Assembly: GCA_038496445.1 (NCBI GenBank)
Contig: JALMLS010000185.1
Span: forward strand, 46,901 to 110,900
Origin: Trichosphaerium sp. ATCC 40318
Lineage: Eukaryota > Protista > Tubulinea
Reading direction: 5' to 3'
Length of the DNA stretch: 64,000 bases
Below the pieces are notes generated by a model. That model saw only the letters and a list, made by a program, of their open reading frames with translations. It did no database searches and had not been told where the DNA came from. The translations under genes and the position numbers were made by a program. Shown in pieces: positions 1 to 11,303 of the stretch. Position 1 is the first letter of the stretch, and the number at the start of each line of letters is the position of its first letter.

Positions 1-354
1 AAAAGGAGAGAACGAACAAAACCGAAATTGCTCGGAAAAAGAAGTTTACCAAACAATTTTCGTTTGAGCTCAATGGACTACCCTTCAAACCCTAATGATA
101 CAAACAATCAACACTCACAGAAACGCGCAAGGAGATTACCACCACTTCAACCATTACTAAAACTGACACCACTACCACCACAAGCAAGACAACACAGCCA
201 AACGGCGATAAGTGACAAGCGTAATTGTCTAGCGTTCAACAGAAGAATGAGGCTACCTCCCATTGAAGTATTGCCTCCATTATTAAAACTGCCATGTTCC
301 AGACTTAGATGGAAACCGCTGAGGCATAGTGGGTCGCGTTTGAATGACTTGTAA
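1..354 (+). CDS. 3' part (last exon) of a tandem paralog of the 2284-3407 gene; truncated by the window edge
   Basis: 1-~400 is nearly identical to 3057-~3455; same C-terminus with LPPL/LPPI motifs. Confidence 0.7.
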   Translation, partial: KRRERTKPKLLGKRSLPNNFRLSSMDYPSNPNDTNNQHSQKRARRLPPLQPLLKLTPLPPQARQHSQTAISDKRNCLAFNRRMRLPPIEVLPPLLKLPCSRLRWKPLRHSGSRLNDL

Positions 355-2283
355 TCTTTTTCCAGATTTTTTTTGTATTTTTAACAAACACGTTGTACCA
401 TGTTGGTGTAAAAACGTGTTGTAAAATTGGTGATGGTTTATTTTTTTATTTGAACACGTGATTTTGTATTTTAGAAATAAACAATGTAAAAATTAATATG
501 TGTACATAACGACTATGTTCTTTTGATTTATTTTTGTACCTGAACACTGTCAATGCTGTTGCATTGTTCTACGTAGTTGTAATTGTTTCAAAGCTAAACT
601 GTTAAGCCCTTTTGTTCCTTGAACGTAACAACGTTTCCGCAACCCTACGATAGCACCCAACCAAAAAATCTAGAATGTCAAAAAAGAAAAATGGAATATG
701 ATGAAATCAACCTACGGAGAGAAGAAATTTGTGTTGCTTACACTTTACAACAACAAAACTATTCTCTATAAGAGTTCCTAGCAGATATGTAAATCAGTTG
801 GGGCCGCTAAGGAATAAATTCGGCGGCTATTGTACCTTATACACCCACAATAGTATTGTTATTAACGCAGAACAATACCTGTTAGAATTTGTAGCATTTT
901 TTGGTCAGCTATTGATGAACTTACTGTTGTTTTGGTCTCCATCACACCTACGTACAACACGTGGTGAACCTTTTTAAAAATCAGATTATGCACGATACCA
1001 GATTGTAAAAGACTACATTAAAATAAACACCATACTTCTAATTAACGACGCACCATAGCAAAAAACACGTTGGTTGATTTTTTCAATTACAAAATAAGAA
1101 TTAAGAAAACATGTCAAAACCCCTCGAAGAAATCTATCGTAAGCTTATGGAACAGCAAGTATTTAACTACGCATAGTATACCACGTGCACTTCGAAGAAT
1201 GTGTTAGAACCAGGAGGTCAATAATGCTTCAACAAACTTTTATTGAGCCAAATAGAATGAGTTCACATACGGTTCAGTAGCTCAACCCATGTCTTCAGAA
1301 ACGTCCTCGTTGTTTCTGCTAACCTAACACATAAGTTTACGTGATGTTAAGTACTGCATGTGCCGTAGTGGGCGTGATAATATTTCCTATCAATCTCCGA
1401 CCTTCGGCTAGTAAATGAGCCGGAAATATGTCCCTTCATACCACAATGATACTCTATTCTAACTAACGCACTTTGATCGGCCAAGAGCCATCACATACCA
1501 ATAACATCTATAAACATGATGAACATAACCTTCTCATCAAGTAAAACACTAAACTAGCGAAAAACTTGGAAGAAGTTCGATCAATATCTACCACTTTTGT
1601 ATTGGGATATTTAGATTGTCCCGAAGCACAAATCGCTCGTATATTGTAGGTTTGAACTGGGAAGAGTAATCATGATATTGTTCCAGTCGGTTTTTTTTTG
1701 TTAACGTACTTTTAATGTTTCGGCTCTCACAAACTTTGTGTACTTGCTATTCCCCCGACGTTATGATACACATTGCACGTGACTTTTGTTTATTTTGTAT
1801 TTGTAACAACAACAGAGCTCTTCTTTCGAAATCAAAGGAGACTCGGCCTCTTTTTGTGATACACAGAGCGAACAGTTTGATAGTTTAGTCAAAGTAGCTA
1901 GAGAGCACGTGAAATTCATTATTTTGAACGTAAGATGATGTAGAAAGGCGTGTTAACTAACTGGCCTTAGAAACAAAATAAAAAGGCTTCAAAAAACAAT
2001 CATATTGATCTTATAAGCACTAGCATGTGTATGCAAACGACAGTAGAGGTAATTCATATTTTATATAATCACACGTGGCGTCTTCATGCCGTTTTGTACG
2101 GTAAAAAAAACTTACGTTGGGTATTTATAGGAGGCATCAACAGCTGCTGTTTTATTGCAGTTAGCCAAGCGTGATACGATCGCAAATGAGTTTCCGTCTC
2201 TCCCTACAGACCTTCGTGATCCCACACAAGATAGCTACACTTCAAGAGCAGGCGAAACAAATAAAAGAGCAAGCAGTAGAAGG

Positions 2284-3407
2284 ATGAGCAAGCGCAAAGC
2301 AGCAAGTAAAAGCGAAAACTTGGTTGTTACAAAGATAGACTTCAATATTGAAAAGGTTGCTTATTCTGTGTTTGCAATGAAGAATGGAAGACCTGATACT
2401 AAACAGTACGTAATAATACGATTAATTTCAAACGCTCTATAAACTTCTACAAACCCTTACAACGAGAGAAAAAGCGAATTAAACTGTATCAAAAGCAAAG
2501 ATACATTTTATGGCTTCTCCAGAAAACTAAAAATATTTTCATGCATTCACAATGTCCCCACCGTTTAAACATAAGTACGCTGTTTCCGCTGACTCTTTCT
2601 ATTTTAGCTTTAAGCAATATGACGTGAAAGAATTGATGAATAGAGAAGCCTATGATGAAGGTATGGATGGCGCTTTTTGTATCAACATGGGACTTGTTGG
2701 TACTATCCTACATCGCCGAGTGTTATTTTTCGAGCGATTTGCCAACCTAGAGTGCGTCTAAAACCCTTTAAAAAATGGTTCACAATTCAACAGTTCAATG
2801 GCGGTTAATAGGCCAATTGTTTTTTTTTGTACCTAATTCTATACCTCCTTGTAAGGAGGTTAAATGATTGATATTGTTTTTAAACTTTTGCTCTTTTTTT
2901 CTGTTTTGTCGTTTGTCGTTCACTTGCCTCTAACACCTTATTGTAGTGGATCCATTTACCGTGTTGCTATTTATACCAAATCACGTGATAGTAAAAAGAA
3001 CAAGTGGCGTCCTCAGTTGGCAAGATATGCGCGTATTTTCCCACAGAACAAAAAGAAAAAGGAGAGAACGAACAAAACCGAAATTGCTCGGAAAAAGAAG
3101 TTTACCAAACAATTTTCGTTTGGGCTCAATGGACTACCCTTCAAACCCTAATGATACAAACAATCAACACTCACAGAAACGCGCAAGGAAATTACCATCA
3201 CTTCAACCATTACTAAAACTGACACCTCTACCACCACAACCACAATACGCCCAAATGGCGATAAATGAGAACCGTAGTTGGCTAGCGTTCAACAGAAGAA
3301 TGAGGCTACCTCCCATTGAAGTATTGCCTCCATTATTAAAACTGCCATGTTCTAAACTTAGATGGAAACCGCTGAGGCATGGTGGGTCGTGTTTGAATGA
3401 CTTGTAA
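2284..3407 (+). CDS. Spliced hypothetical basic protein with repeated LP(P/S)(L/I) motifs, possibly a transcriptional regulator
   Basis: ATG 2284 (MSKRKAASKS); GT-AG introns starting about 2406, about 2575 and at 2661-2946 join to VDPFTVLLF...RVFSHRTKRKRR (NLS-like)...LPSL..LPPQ..LPPI..LPPL. Confidence 0.55.
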
Positions 3408-3929
3408 TCTTTTTTCAGATTTTTTTTTTGTATTTTTAATAAACACGTTGTACCATTGTTTGGAGATAAAATTGTTAGGTTTACAACACTTGGCGTAAAA
3501 CCAAACACAGGTCACGCTACTTTTTTAACTTCGAACATTTGACTTCAAGTCGTACTTTGAAGAAATCACGTGATATTGTGTCTCGCTTTTAGATAACTCC
3601 GGTATCCTCCGCTATGATAGCTTTATCATAATCTGGTACCTGCACTTGAATTGGCCCTGTTGGGTAACATTTTTGCAGAAAACAGCATTGTTTAGTCAAT
3701 CGCGCTCTATTCAACTTCAATTCGATGTTGGCGAAAAGTAGCGCAAAACCATACTGTGCGTATGACTTCTAAATAAGGTTCATTGCTGAAGGAGATTCTT
3801 AGGTTCGTTGTTGTGGTTCTTTTAGAGCTAAACACAATGTACTAGCAAAAGCCCATAACTTCAACGGCTAAGGCAGGAACAGTTCTTTGAAAGGTAAAAT
3901 AAGCTTGCAGAAACCAAATAAAAACGGCA

Positions 3930-5297
3930 ATGGGTGCTAAAAGCAGTAAACACAGTCGCGACAAACAACAAGAAAAAGGTACTTGACTGTTTAACTTGAT
4001 AACTGCATTTTGCTCCAACTTTACAACAGAGGATTACAACAACCCATCAAACTACTTTTCGGGCTGCCCTTGTGCTAGTTATAGTACTTGAGCGACTGAT
4101 ACGCTTGTATTAGGTTCAACGGCTACAAACAGGCCAAAACCAGACTAGTACATTCCTCACTGGCTCATTCCGTTTACTGATGCGCTACTAGTGACTACTT
4201 ATTCAAAATAAATACAGTTGGAGATTTTGGTGTTGGGAAAAGTAGTATTATACTTAGATTCGTTGATGATACATTTACAGAATCACTCATCTCCACAATT
4301 GGTGTTGATTTTGTACGTTACACGTGCCTCAAAGGCACATACTCCATTCTTTACCACAGCTGTGCTATATCACAAAAATTATGCCATCAGAGGTGGTCGT
4401 GGTCCCGGTTTCGCCCGGGTAATAGACGGCTAAGAAACTCAGCAACAAAATCTGCAATCGGCTAAACTGTTTAAAAATGTGAGATTTTGTTGGTGTTGTA
4501 CCATGGTACATATGCTTTTTTTAAGTTATACATGCTCTCTGTTGCTTTGGAATTCGTTGAATGTTCGATACATAGGTACAATGCCTAGTATCAAGCAAAA
4601 AAATTCAAAAAATGGATTGAGTTATTTCCCTTATTTTCCTTAGCCGGTTAGCCGTGTAAGTTTATAGCCGATTAGAGACCACCTCTAATCGGGGCCATAA
4701 AATAGAAACACCTTCTTTGAGACTAAAACAGCACCATATAATTTATAGTGTAGAAAGTAAAAACAATCAAAGTGTATGATAAGACTGTTAAACTACAAAT
4801 TTGGGATACCTCTGGTGAGCTTTTTTTCTTGAAGTTGTTTTGGTGTTTTACAAGTACTTAGTTTTTATTAGGTAAGGACAGATTCCGAACAGTTTGTGCC
4901 AGTCCCTATAGAGGTGCTGCAGGGGCTTTAATATTGTACGATACTACAGACCAACAGAGTTTTGAAAATGCAAAACTGTGGCGGCAAGAGGTTGAAAGAT
5001 ATACATCAGAGGATATCCAAACAATACTTGTTGGGACAAAAAGTGATCTCATTGAAGAACGTGCTGTTGATACTGATATTGCCCAGGTAATACATTAATC
5101 CTAACATTTCCTTAAAGTGTTAAAAATACAATAGGAATTTGCTAGTGCATACAAGATGGAGTTTTTTGAAATATCTTCCAAAGATGCAATCAATGGTATG
5201 TTTACATCAACACATACAATTGTCTAACTTGATTGTTGTAGTTAAAGAAACCTTTATTCTGTTAGCATCTATGATAATAAAGCAACTTGATTATTAA
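3930..5297 (+). CDS. Atypical Rab1-like small GTPase (N-terminal MGxxxS, no C-terminal Cys)
   Basis: Spliced product has [41 protein letters not shown]; starts MGAKSSKH and ends [11 protein letters not shown]. Confidence 0.85.
4388..4687. mobile_element. Putative hAT-type MITE inside a Rab intron
   Basis: 10-bp TIR AGAGGTGGTC (4389-4398)/GACCACCTCT (4677-4686); subterminal CGGCTAA/TTAGCCG repeats; absent from the equivalent short intron of the paralog (about 58372-58495). Confidence 0.6.
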
Positions 5298-5540
5298 GCT
5301 AGTAGCTATTACGTGAGTTTGTAGATTGTTCAGTGCTTTACAAAGTTTGCCTTTTTGTTTCACTTGCAACTGTATTTACCACGCTTTACATGTATTCTGA
5401 TATACAATCTTCTCAACAGCTGCATTCTTAGCACAAAAAAAAAGTAAGATATAAACACGTGACAGCTTTTCAAACTTTTGTTTTCTTTGTGGGATGCTTG
5501 TTTGTTTTTTTAATAAGCAATTGGTACACTACTTAATCAT

Positions 5541-6930
5541 CTAGAAACCTTCATTATTTGTTTTACATTCGTTTTCTCTTTGTGCGTATGTATCTATTGA
5601 TGACATATCAACTTCTATTTCATAAAGAAAACTCCAACGCTTTCCTGTTACATATAATCTATCTTTCTCAGCGTTGTAAGCAATACCATTTAAGACGTTA
5701 TTAATTCCGTTTGCTGACTTTAACAGTGAGAGATCAAGATATCCTAAAAAAGAAGCCCAAAGTCAGAACAGAAAACACAAAAAAACTAGTTACCCAGTTC
5801 TATTCGTTCAAATTCCTACTTTCTGGTCCATGAATGTACTGAGTTTATACGCGAAGTATAGAACAGTATTTTTGTAGGGTTGGTGGAGCAAGAAAAAGCG
5901 ATGATTTGAACGAATAGAACTGTACTTTCTTGGGGGGTTTTTTTTCGGATTTTTTTTGTGGTTTTTTTTTGGCTGTCACGTGATTTTTATTTCACAAAAC
6001 TACGAAATCGTACCATCAACTTTCCCGTCATTAGGATCAATTATAGCTATCTTTGATTGACCCCATATATTAGCGAATATTTTACCATAGATGTACTCTA
6101 GTTCATTTAAGTTTTGTATTTTATGATCGCCATCTGATACTTCTAATGTACATCCATACGCCATTATCTCAGTATCCAAGAAATAAATATTTGAAGAACC
6201 ATCACTCATCATTATAGTTTCGCCATCAGTAGCTAATCCCCATCCCTTCAGTAAGCAAAAAAAGTTAGACTCGTTTTTTTTGCATGATTTCTTGTTCTTG
6301 GATTAGCCTCGTACCTCTGTTCCATATGTCCAGTCTTGTACTACGTTAAAGTTCTTATCGTATACAAACCCAGTATTCTCACGCCAAGTGAACTGCATCA
6401 AGACACCATCAACAGTCGTCAAACCTATCAAATGAAGAATAAATCAATCAAGTACCTTAACTAAATACCACGATCTACTAACCCTCAGCAAAATATTTGG
6501 TCTCTAAAGGCTCACTTCTTATAACGCGACCCGTAGTCACTTCAACCTTTAAAGAAAAAAATGCATTGGTCACGTGACATTAGAATATTGACAAATACGC
6601 GTACCTTACGAATATCTGATGCACCGTACAACCCACATGATTCATAAAAAATCTAAAAAGAAATATTAAGCGTAGTACTGTAAAATGTTTGTCACGTGAC
6701 GAAAATCTTATGTTGAGATAAAACTAATACGTACACCGTCTTCATAAACAAGACCTTGTGTAAAACAAAGATTATCATGCGGATAAGTAGCTCTAAGCGT
6801 CCACGGTATTGTTGGGGCACCTGAAGAGCTTATTAGTTTTAATTTAAGCTAATATCACTTCAGACTGTTTCTATAACGTGCCTGCTACAAACACAACAAA
6901 CAAGATGAACGAGAGTTTATAGGACAGCAT
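5541..6930 (-). CDS. Glutaminyl-peptide cyclotransferase (plant/bacterial type II QC), secreted
   Basis: Signal peptide MLSYKLSFILFVVFVAG; motifs PHD..FTQGL, ESCGLYG, YFAEGL, TWRE, EGWGL, SDGS, LNELE, ANIW, VLNGIAY, TGKRW across exons. Confidence 0.92.
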
Positions 6931-8121
6931 CACAATGTATATTCTGTGGAGAGATGGGTTTTAGTGCTATACTGTTGTTTTATATTAACGAAAATACAAA
7001 AAGGTACGTACCTGTAAGCAGATGTTCTATCTGTTAAGCTGTTTGGGAATTGAAATGTTTCTCTGTTTTCTGTGAAACTGTTTGTCGTAATTTTGACCTT
7101 TTGCAAAACCCTCATCGTGACTAAGTTCTAGGGAAGTATTGACAAGAATGGCTCTAAAATACGGAAAGTCCTTGAGCTAAATATCAAGTGTTTGCAGTTC
7201 TACTGTGTTGTTTTCTTAGCTTTCAACTTTCAACAGCCACTCTTGATTAGTAAGTACGTTACCTTTCTGGTCTTTACAAGTAGTCCATCTGTTTTAGTTG
7301 CAGAAATGGACAAACTCAAAAGCAACGCTAAATTAGCGATGTTCCAAACGAATAGAATACCGAATCTATCGCCAGAACGTTAAAAGTTGGAAATAGTCGA
7401 ATATATTCCGATTCGGTTTTCAGAGAAGAGCGACTGTGAAACTGAAAGTTGTTGGCTTTTTTTTTAATCACCAAGTGCTTTTTGTTCATCCAAACCACTC
7501 TCATACGTTTTAAAATGCATATTTCTATACATAGAGTGGTTGAAAGCCCTATATTGAGTGAGTTTAAGATATCTGCATTTTAGCGGTAAAACTAAGTAAC
7601 AGTAAGCCTAACCGACACTTTTGTTGTGTGAAATTGTGCCAGTGGTGACGTTTTTTTGACAATTCGAGCCAATCTTGAGCCCGCCACGTGATCTATTTTT
7701 TTTGATGTCTCAAAACCACTTTTTGGTACTTTCCACGCGTAGAAATAGCCATCACTTGAGGTAAAACATATTTTAACACAATTTTTTTGTAGTTTTATGT
7801 ATTCACTTGCTCTATTAAAAAAAAGTCTCAGACATGTTCGGATGTAAAAAAATGGGTTCAGGACAGCAATAAGGATGCAATTTGTGCCGTTTTATCTCAC
7901 CACAAAAAAAGCGAGAAGAATATATTCGAATAAACCAAGAAAATTTGATTCAAATACGAATTTTGCAATCTATCCGTTTGGAACATCGCTACGCTAAATC
8001 ACTTGTGATGTACTAAGTCACATAATACACGGCTTTCATTGAAGATGAAGTTTAGTGGCATTTTCATATTCATCTATTTTACCACTGTTTACGTAAGTCT
8101 CACGCAAAGCTCTTAGCATAA

Positions 8122-8720
8122 ATGGAGAAAATAGATGTTGAGCTTGTGGATATACCAACGGAAATACTCGCTCACTTATTCAAGTATATTAGGCGTTCAG
8201 ATCGATTTTATGTTGCTCAAAGCTGTAAACTACTATCAGACATAATCCACCACCATATTGGCTATGAAATCATCTTTATTCAATCAAGTTCAGAGTGTTC
8301 TCTTCTCTCAGGAAGCCCTCTATTAAAAAACACAACAATATCATTCAAGTATTTCCAGGAAGCGACAGACGAAGATCTTGCTTTGCTTTCTGGACTTCAT
8401 GTACTCCACCTTTCCTTCAACCAATATATCACAGATAAGGGACTAAAATCTATTTGCGGGTCTGTAACTTGATGATAGAGGATTGTCCTAACGTAGGCAT
8501 TATACCTCTTGTTAACATCTCAGGTCAATTGATCTATACTGCAATCCTGGAGTTACTCAGCTGGTATGAAAGCACTTGCTGGAATACAACATGTTTATCT
8601 ATCTCGCTCTCAATGTTTCAGATGATGTACTGTTTGCATTGTCTGGAGTACGTACCATACATTTAAGTTATTGTCAATCGATCACAGACAAAGGAGTTTC
8701 TGCTTTATCTGGTGTTCACA
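8122..8720 (+). pseudogene. F-box + LRR (GVHT-type) pseudogene, frameshifted and truncated
   Basis: LVDIPTEILAHLFKYI F-box followed by LSGLHVLHLSFNQYITDKGL repeats; frame breaks near 8470; ends abruptly at 8721 where the inverted-repeat arm starts. Confidence 0.75.
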
Positions 8721-9069
8721 ACAGCTTAGTCTACGCTTAAAAACGATGTCTGGAAGGTCATCTGTCGCTGTATTCGAACTGAGGATTTTCACTGATACAG
8801 CGCAATGATCTTGCTCGATTATAAACGTGGGATTACAGTTTACATAGCGTTGTTGTTGAAACTAAAAGGCTGATACAATATTTCAGCCTTGACCGTAAAG
8901 TGACATGATCAATCGCAATAGCGTAAGCAATACTCTCAAGTGATACCATTCGCGTGTATGACCGATTTACTAGATACTACAAAGGACGTGTACGTTAACG
9001 GTCTTTTTTTCTGTTTTTTTCGCTTTAATCAACTCTCGACATAAAATTACCCCTCGTTGTAGTCATTTA

Positions 9070-10700
9070 ATGATGTTTACGGACTCTTACGTTATTCATC
9101 ATAGGTGTTCACCTCCCGTTACTGAAACCGTCTTAACGCCATCTACTAATATCCTGGACTTGCCTGTAGAGATAATAGCGTTAATTCTTGGGTTTGTGAA
9201 CAGCCCAAGATTCGCAGTAGTTCAGGTGCGAGAAGATCTCACTTTTTTTTTTGCTTTTTTTTTGCTTTTTTCCAAAATCATTTATTCTCAAGTGTGCGTG
9301 CCACTACATCAATGAAATGAATACTTAGCTGGTTGATTAGTGCTAATGCACTAGGGAAATTAACTACAAATGTAAAAATGAGGTTGTTCATTGATGTTGT
9401 AGAGCGAGAGATTTTGTTTTCATTGTCGCACAAGTATGACTTAACACTTTGGGACTGCTTCGCTGATGTTAAGCACATGGAGTCAAGTTTTTGTGCTTCG
9501 ACTACAGCTTACGCTTTTGTGATATTAACATATACCTTAAGAATGATGATACCAATCTTATCGTTTTTGTAAAGCTATCACAAAAGCGACTTAAGTTTTT
9601 GAACTTATTGCAGAATTGGATAATCTCATGACTTTTTTAGGTATGTTCCTTAATGGCTAGCATAGTATGGACACATGTAGGATACGGTAAATTAGCTCTA
9701 TCTTCAGAAGAACACTTTGATCAGTTTATAAAAAGACCACAATTATTAAAAAACACGTGTGTTGAAGTATACAGATATAAAGCAACAGATGAAGACATTA
9801 AAAAACTCTCTGGTATTAAAACAATATACTTGTATTGTCAAAACGTTAGTGATGAAGCAATAAAGGCTCTTGAGGGCGTACATACAATAGGACTAAGCTT
9901 ATGCCATGAAATAACAGATGAGAGTTTCAAGTCATTATCTGGAGTACACAAGATGAGACTGTTCGGTTGCAGGCAGATAACAAATGAAGGCATAAAGTCT
10001 CTTGCTGGGATTCATACTTTTGAGCTTCACAACTCAAGTAGCATAACAGATGATGGTATTGGAGCGTTAGGTGGTGTACATACTATAACTCTACAAGGGT
10101 CAAAAGTCTCTGATAAGGCTATTCAAAAACTATCAGGTGTTCACACTGCACGTCTTGCTGCTTGTAGGAAACTTAGTGATGTAGGTGTTGTAAGTCTTGC
10201 TGGTGTACATGAAATTAGTCTCTGGTAATAAGATGATAACAGATAAGAGTTTAATAGCACTTGCAGGTGTCCATACAATTAATCTGAGAGGATGTAAGAG
10301 TATAACAGATAAAGGTGTAAAGTCATTATCAGGTGTCTTTTCAATCGATATTACTGCTTGCAGGAGGATTACAGATAAAGGTGTTATTCCTTTGTCTCCT
10401 GATGTTAAGAAAATTTATTTGCTTGAAACGAGTGTTACAGATGCTAGTATTAAGGCTCTTGCTGGTGTTTATGAAATTAAAGTTTCAGGACCTAGGGTTA
10501 CAAGTGAAGGTATTAAAGCACTTTCTGGTGTACATGATATTACTATTTATGATATGGATTTAAGTGATGAAGCTTTAATGTCTCTTGAAGATGTCCATTC
10601 TCTCACATTGGACAAATGTATAATTAACCATGATATTATTACAGGGTTTAAAGATATGGACAAAGTTTGTACTCGTGATTGTAAGTATAAAAATGTATAG
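9070..10700 (+). pseudogene. F-box + LRR gene, left copy with a 2-bp frameshift
   Basis: F-box ILDLPVEIIALILGF, intron 9226-9640, LRR exon; ATTAGTCTCTGG versus ATTAGTCTCTCTGG in the intact copy (about 10220) splits ORFs 9653-10228 and 10197-10700. Confidence 0.8.
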
Positions 10701-10989
10701 TTACAAATAAACTTAATTTCAAGCCAAGTTGTCATTTACAAAAGCTGTATAGATTTGGACCAATTTGGGTTGTGCTGTTTAGAATTTGTTTGTTAAAATA
10801 CTTTTCAATGTAGCTTCTATTAGTAGCAAACACTGTGATTTCTGCTCACAAAATAGTTCATAAAGACACACCAATAAGATAACTTCACAGTTACCTATGC
10901 TCACAAACCATCTTGAAACTAAATTTAGCACTAGTAAAAAAACCAAGTAGCCTGTTACTGATGATAGTGTAATTATATGTTACTTCTTC

Positions 10990-11205
10990 TTATGGTATAC
11001 TTTAACACCTTTGGCTTTGAGTGATCTAATAGCTTCACATGTAATATTTTTGCAATAGTACAGGTACAATATTTTAACTCTGAACAATGGAACAACCCAA
11101 TTATCTGTCGCTTTTGTATATGGTAGGTTTATGCAGTGAGCACTTGCAAGGTTATTCATGCAATCACCAGTGATCCCTTTACAAGAAAAAAGATCGATGT
11201 GGGCA
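10990..11205 (-). pseudogene. 3' remnant of another LRR paralog in the inverted-repeat spacer
   Basis: Minus strand reads HIDLFSCKGITGDCMNNLASAHCINLPYTKATDNWVVPLFRVKILYLYYCKNITCEAIRSLKAKGVKSIP*. Confidence 0.6.
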
Positions 11206-11303
11206 ATAAAGTAGTAAACAAGGTGACTTTACTACCCAAATTGGTCAAAATCTATACAGTTGCTGTAAACAACCAACTCATTTGAAATTAGGTTTATTTG
11301 TAA

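Noticed and set aside
600-1700. Short ORFs and splice-like signals between the tandem genes
   Set aside because: Could not assemble a credible product; no CRISPR, tRNA or rRNA pattern was seen here or elsewhere in the window
9300-9590. H/ACA or C/D snoRNA assignment for the intronic hairpins
   Set aside because: No properly placed ANANNA hinge; ATGATGA at about 9543 has no downstream CTGA partner
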